A DNA stretch of 64,000 nt from Eledone cirrhosa (lineage: Eukaryota): NCBI GenBank assembly GCA_964016885.1, contig OZ024742.1, forward strand, positions 238,514,001-238,578,000. The letters are read 5' to 3'. How positions within the stretch are numbered: the first letter of the stretch is position 1; the number at the start of each line of letters is the position of its first letter. The notes under the pieces are model-generated. The model saw only the letters and a program-made list of their open reading frames with translations. It was not told where the DNA came from and did not search any database. The position numbers and the translations under genes are program-made. This document shows positions 40,201-55,200 of this stretch, piece after piece.

Positions 40201-43200
40201 TTTGGATTTGGCCTTTGATTTCTTTAACCAAGGATCTGGAAAGATAAAAAAGCATTTATTATATTTGAAGGAGCGGGTCGGATGCCATGCTTTGCAGCAC
40301 AGTTACGTCCCTTTATGGACTGAGTTCAAATCCCGCCGAGGTTAACTTTGCTTTTCATCCTTACAGGGTCGATAAAATAAAGTACCAGTAACACACTGGG
40401 ATAATTGCTGGCCTTGTGCCAAAAGTAGAAACAATTATATTTGAAGGAGGTCATACCATATCTTTGTATATCATAGGGGGTGACTAAAAGGGTTTACAAC
40501 CTCAAAAAGGAACCCATAATGAATATGATGATTCTAATGGGAATGCAAAGCTAACTCTTGCTTTAGCAGAGAAAATGGCTTTAACCCTTTCAACACCAAC
40601 CTGCCCAAACTTGATATAATGTTAAAATTTAAATTCAAATCTTAGTCTTGGCTGTGTGGTTTAGAAATTCACTTTTAAAGCATGCAGTTTTGGATTCCAT
40701 CCTATTGTGTGGCACCTTCAGAAAGTGTCTTCTGCTATAGCATCAGACTGACCAATACTTTTTGAATGAATTTGGTATCATAGAACCACTGATAGTTTCT
40801 AGGGGTTGATATAAAATGTGTTAAAATCCTCGTTAGATTCAGACAATAGAACTAGAAATATATCTCACCTTCATCACTATCTGAGCCACTACCAAAGGGG
40901 TTAAAATCATCGCTAGATTCAGACTCTGAAGTCTCACTGAGGCTCAAACTAATATCACTGCTGTCTGAACTTGAATCATCAGAAAAGTCTGTCTTTGGAC
41001 GTTTCAGATTCCCATCTTGATTGTTCCCTAGAATAACAACAACAAAAAAGAATATTATCAGGCTATAATACAGAACCAAACTTATGAAAGTTACAATTTA
41101 TTTCCAAACAGTTTGTCACCATAGAGTTATGTTAGATTTTAAATTGTCTCATATTGATTACATATAATATAACTGCTATACAAATAATCAGCATTTTACA
41201 TCCACTTTCCATGCAGGCATGGGTTGCACAGATTGTCAGACACTGGACTGTATTGCTCTTATGTTCCATTTTGTTACCCAATTTCTATGGCTGGATGCTC
41301 TTCTTGACATGAACCACTCTACAGAGTGCATTTTTCATTGCAGCAGCACAACCACTTTACAGAGTATAACACTTTAAAATAAAATAGATCTCTATGATAG
41401 AAACAGATTAAGCAACAGAATACAAGTCTAGAATGGGTGACAGTCTATTGTAGAGCTAGAAGTGCTTTTCTCAAGGATACAATATACTATCTAGTATGGG
41501 AATCAAACCATATAATTGTAAGCCCAACACCCTAACTATTAGGCCACACGCATTTTAATCATCATCATATCTAAGTTCACTTTTCCATGGATTTGAATGG
41601 TTTGAGACAAAGTTTTACAGTAAGATTCCCTTCCTGATATCAATGTTAACTTTAATGGGTGCTAAAAACTGGGATACACAGGTCAGAAACCATAAAAGAA
41701 AAATATTCAGAATTATTCAATAATACCTTTTTTTCTCTTCATACTATTATTTAAACTGGAACTGTTGTCAGAATAACTATCACTCTTACATCCTCCCAGA
41801 TTGAGGAAATCCAGTGTTTTCCGTCTGTCAGGAGCAGGAAAATGTTTCTCCACTAATGTTTGGAAAACACCTCTGAAATAGGGTAAATATAGAAAATGAT
41901 CAATCAATTACAAACTAATCCTGTGGAAATTCCAGTTTAATTAGAAACAGTCATCAAGTGTTAGATATCAATATGGCAATTCAAGTGTTTTACTTATAAG
42001 TTGTTTATATACACACAAATCGTTATACAATAATGAGTGTATGTAGCTTATATTTTACATATAAATCAAATAAATTTAAGACTGGAATTACCACCAAAAT
42101 GATGTATTTTACTCATAATTTGAGGATAAACAATATTTTCGTATAGATTTTAAAAAATAATTTTAGCACCACCACAACTGCCACTCTCACTCTTTAACAC
42201 ACTCGCTTACCATCCTCTTTCCAGTGCGATGGAAGTTTAAAAAATTTTTTTTTTTAGTTGTCACACACACTCCTTTCCACAAATACGAAATTAAACAAAA
42301 TTATTTCAGCATTTGCCGCCACTACTACCAACCTTCTCTCTCTCACATACGCTTTTTTCCATTCCTTTTCCCAGCAGCAGAAACAATTTACACCACAGAT
42401 ACAATCATCAAACCATGGAAACTATGTTTCTATTACTGATACTATCTGTCTGTCACAACTTTTGGCAGGAGGCAGGATATGAACTTATAATGCACAGAGC
42501 TGCATCAGACACAGCCAAGTAATCCATTCAGCACTTCAACAATGCTACCAATCCCCCACTACCCGACTGGTACTTTATCAACCTCAAAAAGATGAACGGC
42601 AAAGTCGACGTGATTTGAACAAAGTACGTAAAGAGCAGGAACAGATTGCAGAAGTATTATATGTTATTTTCTACCAATTTTGCCTATGTGCCAATTCTGT
42701 GTAAGGATAGATATAAAAAAATGTGTTTACATTTCACAGTGAGGCTTATATTTCAAAAATTGTAAGTAAACCTATATTTAAAACTTCAGGTTATCTACTT
42801 TAACTCTTTAACAGCATGTACCGCATTAACAATGGTATGAACATGTAACTCCTGAAGGATTCACAGGAGCACCATATTGACATACAGCATTTCTTAGACT
42901 TGCTGAAGCCCATCCCCTCTCCAGGCCAGAGTATAGCAGATTTTTTCCAGAGAAGGATAGAGTGAGAGAGAGATAAGTGAGAAAGAACTATGGAGAAAGA
43001 ATCGACCCCAGTACCAGACTGGTACTTTTTTTTATACATTCGACCTCGAATGAATGAAAGACAAAGTTATTCTAATACTACAAATTTTCACAATGATATG
43101 TCCAGTAGTAAAGATACCATAAACATTCAAATTTTTAAAAAATCCCTTTTAGGCATTTTCTGCTAAATCATTAGAGGATGTTCAGAAATATAGAAATCAT

Positions 43201-46200
43201 TATTATTTATTGTCTATTGGGCGGTGGATTGGCAGTATCGGTAGAGAGTCGGACGCCATGCCTTCCAGCATAGTTACGTCCCTTTACGGTCTGAGTTCAA
43301 ATCCCGCCGAGGTTAACTTTGCCTTTCATCCTTACGGGGTCGATAAAATAAAGTACCAGTAATATACTGGGTAATTGCTGGCCTTGTGCCTAAAGTAGAA
43401 ACAATTATTTATTGTCTATTTTTCTATTTTGGCATGAGTTGGACAGGCCATCTCAAACCATGCCATTACTTAATCAGAGCTGGGTACACTTGAATTGTGG
43501 CACCAGGTCACTGTTATATCCTTGACAAGTGAAAAAATAAAGAAATGTGTTGATATAAAACATTCAGAAAACACAAGTTGATCTTTTCATTATTTAATAT
43601 ACTTTTGTTTATATTAAAGCAAAGTGGTCCAGGTATATACACTTTCAACTGAAAGGTCAAACTCACAACTTACCACTGATATCTGTTCAATGATGATGAT
43701 ATAAACAAATCACATTATCAAACTTTATGTTTATGTATAGTAAGTATATACAGTTAACTTTCATCAAAACTTCAGGCTTACGCATATGTTTATTTATACA
43801 AGACAGAAATATACTACTTGTTTCATTTTAAAATGGTGCCACATTTGTCTAAAAAAAAAACCCTCAAAACAAGAAAACAGTAGTAAATGATCTTACTTTG
43901 CAGTTGAGACAAAGTCATTAAGCTCCCCACCATGTTCCTCGAGCTGTTCTAAAGTACGGGCTTCACCAGTAGACTGTAGGCCAATTACAACACACTGAAA
44001 TAAAGGGAAATCAACATTATTGCATGTAATCAAACACAGATGATATAAAAAAAAAACATTTTTCTCTAATGCAGCAGTGTGCATTCTTTTCACTATGAAG
44101 GACCCACTTTTTTTTAAGACTTTCAGGTTCTATGAAACAAAACTACTCATTTAAAAAAAAGAAGCCAATCATCAGGTCTAGCTAAATTTCCATTGTCAAT
44201 AATACCTGATCACAGCAGAAGGCAGAATGTGAACTCAAAATACATGGAGCCGAATCAGATATCGCAATGAGTTAGTACTTTAGTTATCAAACCCAAAAGA
44301 AGGAAAAGTTGACTTTGGAGAGATTTAAACTTATGAAGAGGCATTCATTCTAACAACAAGAGGCGACAAGTATACTTAGCTAGGAGGGAAGCAGAGGATA
44401 GAAAATTCAAGCATGTTTTGCAACGTGAGGACCAGAAACAGATGTTCAAGATTGCGAGGCAGTGTGTCAGAGAGAATTGTGATGTCATTGGAGAGAAGTG
44501 TATCTGGAATGATAAAGGTGAGCTTGCCCTCACAAGTGCTATTATGATAGATTACTAAATGAGGAGAATGCATGGGAAGAAGAGACCCTACCCCAAGTAG
44601 ACCCTATAGAGGGGCCAGCAGTACAAGTCAGCAGCAGCGTAGTAAGTAAGGCAATCAAAGATATGAAGATGGGGAAGGCAACCGGTCCATCGGGTATAGC
44701 TGCCGAGATGCTGAAGGAATCTGGGTCTGTAGGTCACACTATAACCACACGTATTGTTAACCAGGTAATACTAGGTGTCATACCAAAAGATTGGTGCAGT
44801 AGCATCGTTGTCAACTGCTACAAAGGTAAAGGTGATGCACTAGATAGAGGAAACTATAGAGGTATAAAGCTGATGGACCAGTTCATGAAAGTAACAGAAA
44901 GAGTTATAGCACAGTTGATTAGGGACCGGGTGAAAATAGATGAGATGCAATTTGGTTTGTAGATGAGATGCAATTAGGAAAAGGCACCACTGATGCCCTC
45001 TTCCTTGTGAAGCAGTTACAGGAAAAGTACCTAGCTAAAAGTAAGCCACTCTACCTGGCATTCATCGATCTCGAGAAAGCCTTTGACAGAGTTCCACGTG
45101 CTGTAATCTGGCGGGCTCTTAGAAAACTAGGAGTAGATGAATGGCTTGTGAAAGCTGTACAAGCCATGTATAGGGGAGCAGTCAGCAAAGTTAGGATAAG
45201 CAATGAGTATAGCGAGGAATTTAGTGTACAGGTTGGTGTCCACCAGGGCTCTGTTCTTAGCCCTCTCCTGTTCATCATAGTCCTGCAGGGAATAATGAAG
45301 GAGTTTAAGACCGGATGCCCATGGGAACTCCTCTATGCTGATGACCTCGCACTTATAGCTGAATCTATGGTAGAACTAGAGAAAAAATTCCAAACTTGGA
45401 AGCAGGGACTAGAAAGAAAGGGTCTCAAAGTCAACATGACAAAGACTAAGGTCCTTGTAAGTAGACGAGAAAACAGAACCCAGATCCCCTCAGGGAAATG
45501 GCCTTGCTCAGTATGTAGGAAAGGTGTAGGTAGGAACTCCATTCTCTGCCCCAAATGCAAACAATGGATACACAAGAGGTGTAGCGGGATCTCAAGAAGC
45601 TTAATTAAGAATGTAGGCTTCACATGCAGCAAACAGCCACAGGAAACAAGTACCACCAATCTCTGGAAGGGCTCTGTAGAAACAGTAGACAGCTTCTGCT
45701 ACCTAGGTGACCAAATTAGCAGCGGAGGTGGGTGTTCAGAAAGTACAATAACTAGGGTAAGAACGGGATGGAAGAAGTTCAGGGAACTACTGCCACTGCT
45801 AGCTGCAAAAGGCTTCTCCCTCAAAATGAAAGGCAGACTGTATGATGCGTGTATCCGAACAACAATGTTACATGGTAGTGAGACCTGGGCGCTGAAGGTG
45901 GAAGACTTATGTAGATTAGAAAGAAACGAAGCCTGTATGCTCCGATGGATGTGTAATAGTAATATACGCGAACGACAAAGCATAAATGAATTGAGAGAGA
46001 GAGACTGAGCATAAGAGGAATCAAATGCTGTGTGCAGGAGAGGCAGTTGCATTGGTATGGACATGTGATGCATATGAAGGATGACAGCTGCATTAAAAGG
46101 TGCAGAGCACTAGAAGTCAATGGAAACCGCGGAGTGGGGAGACCCAAGAAGACCTGGGATGAGGTGATAAAAGCCGACCTTACCCAACTACACCTCTCAA

Positions 46201-49200
46201 AGGCGATGACACACGACCGTGACCTCTGAGTCGCGCAGTAATACAGAGTACCCGACCTCCCATGGGTACAAGCTGAAGCATATAGACAATATGCCCCCAC
46301 ACCCCCCCACTGCAAAAAAGCACCCAGCCCACACTGTAAAGTGGACGTGTAGGCGCCACAAAAAAGCACCCAGCACTCACTGTAAATGAGGTTGGTGTTA
46401 GGAAGGGCATCCAGCTGTAGAATTTCAAGCCAAAATCAGTTCCTGTATGAGCAAGGCATGGTCAGTCGACCAGACACTGCCCACAACAGGACAACCCGTC
46501 TAACCCATGCTATCATGGAAAAACGGACGTAAAACGGTGATGATGATGAACTCTGCCAATTCATCCCTGCCACAACCAATTTAAAGGATTTCTACCTAAA
46601 TTAAATTGTTTCAACATGAGAACTTTTAAGTTGTGTTATAAATAATAGAATAATAATTTTAATAAACCCCTCCAAGTTCTACATTAATTCAAATAGTGTA
46701 TTTCATTACAAAGATGGCCATGAGAGGATTAAATGAATTTTCCCCCTAACCACTTACTACAATTACTCCCCCTCCAAGTTATACAGTAAGAATTAAAAAA
46801 AGGGTATTTTAAGGTCATTCTCCCTTCTAAAGCAGATTACCGTAGCAGGGCCCATGATAGGTTTCATATACACCATGAGGTCCTTTTTAAAGCAATGCTT
46901 AAAGGTTAAATGCTTTTTCAGTTGTCTCTTGCAACAGACAGGGATACAGTTTATTTATTCTAAACTAGATATATATATATACAGTATATCATCAAAGAGA
47001 GAAATGTTTATATTTAGAGAAGAATGAATAGCCAACAAGGTGTGCATATTATGTTTTTAACAAAGTACATGAAATTTTTAAAATTAGCTCGTGAAGCCCT
47101 TGTACTACCTTTCTGAATCCCTAGGGATTGTAGGCATAAGGTTGAAAACTACTGCTCTAATAGAAGAAAGATGACAGGAAAAGAAATATTTAAAAAAAAT
47201 TAGAACTGAGCAAATTACCTTTCCATTTTTGACTGCTTCTCGGGTAAGTTTCACACAATGTCCCACCTTTGCCGATATACAGAGATATTTAAAGAAGCGC
47301 TGATGTGCTGACCAAAATTGTCCCCACATTGATTTTCTCATTCGCTGTTCAGCTCCAATTAACTCGGCTGCTTTCTGGAACAAATCCCGGGCTCGTACCC
47401 ACTAAAATAAAATCAAAAATTGAACTTGTATAGACACATATATATATATATAATGTCCAGTTTTCTATGCTTGTATAGGTTGGACAGGTATTTTCAGCAC
47501 AGCATCTCTCCACATCGTGTTCTTTCATCATCTCCTCTGTGAGCTTCAGCAATTTGCTATCAGCTCTCACCACCTCTGCCCAGGTTTTCCTCTACTGCAG
47601 TGTCTTTCCTCTAGGATTTCTTAGCACTTCTTCACCCAGAAATCATCCATGCACAACACATCCATATAGACATTTATGTATATATGTACATGAATCCATA
47701 TACACACACATAAAGTACCTTAAAAATAAAGTATAGGTTGGTGTCTAGTAGGGTATGAATTATTGCCTCAAAAAAGCCTCATCCAACACACACCAGCAGA
47801 GAAAATCAGATGTGATGGTGATGATAATAAATCTAAGTTTAACCCTTTAGCATTTAAACCAGCCGTATCTGGCCAGAATTCTCTCACCTCCTTCTGTCCA
47901 AACTGGCCGCTCATATTGATGTTAAGGTAGTGTTTGCACAATAAGTAATATCAAAATCTGATAGACTCAATATTATGTGATAATTATGTGAGGTAAAGAC
48001 TTTACCATGAAAATACAATGATAAATATAGAGTAATGTAAATGCTAAAGGGTTAATAGATACTTACCAATTCCACAGACTTGTTGTAAACCAAGACAAAA
48101 TCTTTTGAAAGAGCTATTTCCTCTATTCGAAAAGAAGTTCCACCAAAACTCAGTTGACGAGCAATATACATGCCTCGAAGTTTCATATCCATGGCTACAA
48201 GTTCCATAGCACCAACACCACTACAAAACAAAATGTACATTATTATACATACCTATATATATATATATATAATATACCACACACAGATAATCTAAATGCA
48301 TCACTAACAGATTAAGTATTTGGAACAAAACAAAAAACAAATAGATTTAGCTTTCATTCATCATCTGTAAAGTGGTTGGCATTAGGAAATGCAACCATAT
48401 GTAGAAACCATAGCTAACTAATGTATGTCTCAGAATTTGACAACCCATCCCAACATGGAAAACAAACAAAACAGTGATGATTATGATGATTCATAATCAT
48501 TTTATGTTCGAAGGTTGGGTCTTTTCCAACACAGCTTTCCTTCACCATTTCTGAGAGCTCTCAGCACATCTGACCAGATTCTTCTTCCGTCTTCCTCTAT
48601 TGCAGCTTCTTTCCACTAAGAACACTTAGCACTTCTTCACCCAATGATCATTATCCATATGCATCACATGTCCATAACAGCACAGTGTTCTTTCTTGTAC
48701 ATAACATCTGATTCTCCTTACTACATTCCTCTAAGCATGTACACAGACACTCACAAGCAAATTTACATTGCTCAAACTTTTTAACTGCTTTGCTCTATTG
48801 ATACATTGCTTTTGCAGTGTATTTCACAAGAAACATAGTCACAAAATATTAAACTTACCGTCTCTCTACAGCCTGAATAAAATCACTGAATTCTTTAAAT
48901 GGTGTGCCCAGACCCCATAATCCAAGTCGTGTCATGTACGCCATATTTTTTGGTTCAGATGCACCTAGGGTTCAAAAACAAAATTATAATTTTATAAAAC
49001 ACATTAAAAAAAATTCTTTTTTAAATCTTCAGTATTAACCTAGTGGCATATTCGGAAGCAAGTCAGCTTACTATGCTTTCTTTTTTACACAACAATCACC
49101 CTAGTGTTAGATGGTTCCATGTAAAGTGGTAGTGCTGGTGCCACAATAAAATGCACCCGCCCAGAATGGTGGGTTCTGGTGTTACAATAAAATGCACCCA

Positions 49201-52200
49201 GTACATACGGCATAAACATTTCAAACAATATAAATCCCCCAACAGGAGAGCCATTCAAGGATTAGACATGGAGAAAGCCCACAAAAATCTAGCCACCCTC
49301 AATGCTAGAGCAAATGCCCTCTCCCAGTTTTCCTCCTCCAATCTATAAAACAGCACTCATTCACCTCTCTCACCTACATTCAACAAACTGCTTGGAAGCA
49401 CTTCCCTCTCCACCCTGATGTTCTTATTCAAGTGAAACCTGGAAAAGTTAATCAGAGATTTGCAGAAGAAGAAAGTACTTGTCTTCAACTCTTTGAGATG
49501 TGTCCACCACACAACCTCTTTTGCTATGACCACCAAGCAGATAAAAACTGTCTGCCCTTCCTGGCTAAAGGATGGCGGCAGGGTAATCTTCATGATGGGC
49601 TCAGCTGATAGCCAGATCCATCCTACAAATGACAGTAGGTGTTCAACATAAACCTACATGTCAGCAATATTCAGACACTTGACAAGTGCATGCAGGACGG
49701 TTTAATCGCCCTGCCTGCATCTCAAACAGGTCCAGCTGATGGCAATGTTACTCAGTAGCACTGCCAGGCCAGGGATATCTGGAAGTTACGTATGGGCCCT
49801 AGACCGAAAGTCTCCAGAAAAGATTGGCTAGTTTATTATTATCGGCGGTCAGTCTCCCCAAGAACATTGTCGCTTTTATCCTCCTCTAACTCTCTATAGA
49901 ACACCATGGTGGAGTTTCCACCAATCATACTGCCTGAAAGGCAGAGAGGGCTGTGAGTGTTTAAAGATATTCTGGTCTCCTGGCGTCCCTCTCAGTCTTC
50001 GCTTGACATAGGATTGCAGCTTCCTTAAGAAAAGGAGCTGGGGAAAAACATGTCTAGCGAATCACACCCGTTCACTGTGAGCCATGGCATGTCCAGTTCT
50101 CTATGCAGCAGGTGTTGACAGAAATTGAAACACCTAACCAGTGGAACCTGTCCTTTCCATAAGAAGCAAAAGCATAGCCACTCCAGTGCAGTTAGACATG
50201 GACCAGGACATGGCACACTAGTCAGGTGGTATTAGAAAATGGACACAATGTACATGTTCGCCACCTCTGCCCAACCTTTCAGGGGTAACTTCCTCTTGGT
50301 CCATTTCTAGGTGAGAGCAGCCACCCTGCTCGTTACCTCATCCCAGTTATTGACTATCTGACAATAACTGGGATGAGCAATTTAACTGGTCCATCTGCCC
50401 AGCGCCTGGCGATGCTGTTGGACAGCATGAACCTGCCTCTCCAGGTGCCGAGCTGCAAGCCCACTGATTTTTCCTGGTTAATTTTTGCTCCTGTTTCCAT
50501 TTTATAAGCCCTGAGAGTGATGCAAATCATCTCAGTGTGTTTGGTGTTCAACACCACTATGGTGACGCCATTGGCATATACTGACACAGATCTCCCACAT
50601 CCTAGTTCATCAGGATGATCCCTCAAAGTCTCCAATTTGAGTAGTAATGGTTCAAGAAAACCCAAACTTACCTGTTGCACTAGCATATATAACTCTAGAT
50701 TTGGGTAGTTTGTTCTGTAGTTCAAGAACTGTTTGTCCTGTTTTGGTTGGTTTGCTGGAACCAACAGGACATAAATTTTTAGCCCTGTGGCATTCATCAA
50801 AAACAATCTAAAAGCAAACAGGTTAAGGAGGCAAACACATTTATAGTTATTATCTCAAAGTGAACCAGACAGGGAGAACAATTTGTAGAAGACACATACC
50901 ATTTAACCCTTTTAATATAAAATCACCCCATTTTACAGTACAAAATTGCATATTTTAAAGTGTTTATAATGTTTTAAAGCTTATAATTTTATCTAAGAAC
51001 TACTGTTAATCTATATTCTAAACAATTTAATAATGAAAAAGTTAGTTATATTACTAAATCTCTCCAAATTTCCGATTATTTTCAAAATAATTTGAAAATC
51101 ATATATAGTGCCTTTCATTAGAAATATAGTAATGAAAATTAAGATACACCAAATTTTAAGGTTAGGAAAAGGATACGACACCATCAAAATCTTCACCACA
51201 CCATCTTAAAATTTGTTTCAACCGGGTTTTATATTTCCCATCTGACTGACTTTCACCAATCAAAGAGGAATATGTCGCAAATATTACACCTTTCTTTACA
51301 CTCCCATTTTCTTTGGATGAAATCTTTGCATACTTGAACTGGAAAATAAATAAAGAATATAGTTATGGATTTTGCAAACTTGAAAATATTGATATTTTAT
51401 TTCAAAGTATGTTTTTGCCCTCAAGCAAACAAACATGATGCATGAATTATCACTATGAAATAGTTCTGAAAAGATCTGGAATATCATCCCTTGAGATGGG
51501 AAAAGTGGATTATCACCTTATCACCTTCTGCTTAAAGGGGTTATACCCCACTCCCACCAAAACAATCTATTCACAACCATTTTAAAGTGAAAATTCATTG
51601 TCGTAGCTCTTTGCTCGTGGTTCTATGTACTTTCTATTACAATGATATTTCAATTGTGAAATAAAAAGATTATTTACACAAGCATAAAAACTAATTGTTA
51701 AATATGCACGGCAACCTTTTTTTAGTAGTGGGCTACACTACTAAAAAAACAGTGTAATTTTTCATTAGGCAGAAAGCCAAACAGGTCAGTTTTCCCATGA
51801 CTAGCCTAAACCATGTTACCCATCATATGATGGGTAATTTGGGAGGGAGGGGAATGTTGACATTGTGGATAACATCAGGTAATCTTACATAGGTAAAAAG
51901 AATATATAAATATGATTTTACATTTTTTTCAAATTTCCTTGTGTTTATACAAAATGAAATGTATACTATTAGTGAAAATAAAACCCAATTAAATACATTA
52001 AAATAAACAAACAATATTATACATGCACTGAACAAAGAACTCATACACTGTGTTACAGAGTTAATATAAATAGTGACTGTTTTACTTTGAAAGTGATAGC
52101 AATGGAGACGATGGTAAGAGCAGTGGTGATTGTGATGGTAGTGACAACAATGGTGATGGTGAGAGTGATAATGGAGATGATAATAACAATGCTAGAGAAA

Positions 52201-55200
52201 ATGTTTCAACAGTGAGAAAACCTACAAATAATGAAAAAAATATTATAAATTAAATATATATACAAATGAGAAAACTCATCACTAAAACAGCTAAATACTG
52301 TCAAAGACAGCAATGAGCAAACATGCCTCAGAGAACAGAGACCAGTGGCTAACAGAGACTATCCACAAGGTGGGTGACAGGCAGATGAAATATAGAAAAG
52401 ATTGAAAGAAGAGGAGGAAAAGGAGAGGTGTATTGGCACACAGAAGTGACTGGAAGTAGGAAATAAAGAAAGACAATGTACAAGTCTCTCTGTTGACCAC
52501 TGGCTGTGGCCTCTGTCCTCAGGCATTTTTGCCCATCGCTGTCTTTGACATTATTTAGCTATTGTAACGGCTGTTCTAGCGATGGGTTTTCTCATTTTTA
52601 TATGTATTCAATCAAATACACACTCACTTTGTCTCGATCAGAGACAACATTGTTTTATTATAAATTAATTTACCTTATTTAATGGATGGACTTCTATCTT
52701 AGCAGCTCCAATATCTTTTAGATCTCGCTCAGCATCAACTTTCAAGTCATTTGAGACACTGAACCTGTTAATAACAAAAAAATTATCCATTTATTTAAGC
52801 AATTAAGTTAAAAAGAAGTTAAAATGATCAAAACATATATATATCAACAAATGCAAAATGAGATACAAGTATACACAAACAAAAAATAAACAAATAGGAG
52901 AAAAGAACTGATTGTCAGATCAGACAAAGGAAACTGTTTCCATTAGTCTTTACATTGACAATACTATATAATCATCATTTAATATGCATTACCCTACTAA
53001 GTGTTGGACATGTCATCACAGACTGATGAGTACTCAAGCAGAGTCACTGACCACCAGGTGGTCCAGGGGAGTGCATCCTACTTAGATACGTTCCTGTACT
53101 CTGTCAATTGCTCCGATAGACCAGTGGGGGCTGACATATTAACAGGCACTCAACTGAATGCTTTCAACCATGGAACAAACACTAGTGAAGTTGTATCTTC
53201 AACACAGCTGAAGAGTCCTCTTGACCTTTTGTTTGGCAGGTTTTGTACACCTGGATGTCTCTCCAACCACTTTACAGAATATATTGGATGCATTTATTGT
53301 TGTCATATCTATGATACAACTGAATAGTCTTTCCAACCCTTTGTTTGGCAATGCTTTTCTGGTGAAAGTAGGTGGAATTTGAACTCAGAAGACAGATAGC
53401 TGGTATAAATACCATAAATAATTGTTTCTACTATTGCCACAAGGCCAGCAATTATCCCAGTGCATTACTGGTACTTTATTTTATGGTCCCTGTAAGGATG
53501 AAAGACAAAGTTAACCTCCACGGGATTTGAACTCAGACCGTAAAGGGGCGTAACTCTATGCTGGAAAGCATGGCGTCCGACCTTCTACCGATACTGCCAA
53601 TTCACCAATCCCATTGCTCATGGACTGGTACTTTATCGACTTCTATAGGATGAAAGGAAGGCATAGTTGACTTTAGTAGGATTTAAACTCAAAGCCCAGT
53701 GATGGAATAGACACTGCAAAGCATCTTCTTCAACCTTTAACAAACTTGTTCATCCCCCCAACTTGTACTTTGAAAGGATGAACGTCAAAGTTGACCATGA
53801 CAGGATTTGAACTTGGAGTGCAGAAAACTGGACCTTGAACCAAAATATTTAATTCAACAACTTTGCCAATTCACTGCCAATAAAGGATAAATATACAGAA
53901 ATTTCACCTACCAAAGAGCACGTTTTCTGCCTTGCAAATAATTTTCAAAAATAATTCCAGCAACTGTTCGGCCTTTCCCAACACCAGCACCATCCCCTGA
54001 AAAATATATTAATTATACATAAGTTTTATAATTTACAAGAAGTATAAAAAAAAAAGCTACAGCCAAATAACTTCACAATTCTTATTACAATGGAGTTTAT
54101 ATAAGTATGTTTATATATGTAACCAAAAATCTGCTAGCTCTCCTTCTCAACAGCCACTTAACCATTTTTTATTATTATTTTCAAATCATTTTTTAAATAA
54201 TCAAGAATTCGTGTTAAGCTAGTATTTAGAACATAGCTTCAAGGTTTTTAAATCAAATTATGATGGAAGGTTTTCAGATAAACACTTTCAAATAAACATC
54301 TTAGGGATGGTTTCAGGCTGTTTTGTATCAAAAGGATTAAATTAGTGTTTGGAGCATAACTTAACAAAGGTTCTTACATGGAATTATTTTAGTTAAATAA
54401 GATAAACCTTAAAATAAATAGCTTTCTATGTAATACAACCAGGGACAGTTTCACACTGTTTGATATCAAAAGGGTTAACAAAAGATTGAAGCAAATTTGT
54501 ATTCACCAATAAGGAATCCGGCTCGGTCTCCACTAGGCATGATAGTGTCATGACGTTGGCAGGCATATGTAATTGATTCTAATTGAAGGGCTGATAGCTG
54601 GCCAGTATCTATGGTTGAGTCAGGAAGGTGAACTTTGTAGCGCACATTCGGAGGTTCCACACTGGATAAAGAACTTGATTCAACCACAGCATCAGGGTGT
54701 TTTTCACCAATACGTACTGCAAGATATAAAGTAAGTTTATATATATATATATAAATGCAAAATGAGATATATGTATACACAAACAAGAATTAGACATAAG
54801 GAGAAAAAAGGAGTTGATCATCAGATAAAGCCAAGGACACCATGTTTCCATTGCCCTTTTCATTGCTGATACTGTCTGCCAGTGCAACTCCTGGTCATAA
54901 AACACTTGTTGTATTGTGTGTTTCTACATGTCTTTATGTTGACACTGCTTTGGCAGCAGTGATATTTGTTTATGTTCTGCAGCTTAGCAGTTTGGCATGT
55001 GAAGATCAGTAGAATAAAGTACCTTCCTGTTAGTGAGATGCAGGCTTCCAAACAATCTAAGAGGTTAGTTATTCTGCTTCAGTACTGACTCAGTCTGTGA
55101 AGACTGAGTGAAATAATGTACCTTCATTATAAACAGAAGTTGTCATCATGAAGGCCATAGTCCAGTCTCAAAAACTTCTCAGACAAGCCATGCTAGCATT

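Noticed and set aside
50354-50806. 150-aa ORF suggesting an SBNO-retrotransposon fusion
   Set aside because: It overlaps the SBNO exon in a different frame and reads through a canonical GTAAGT donor into a dead Tx1-like fragment.
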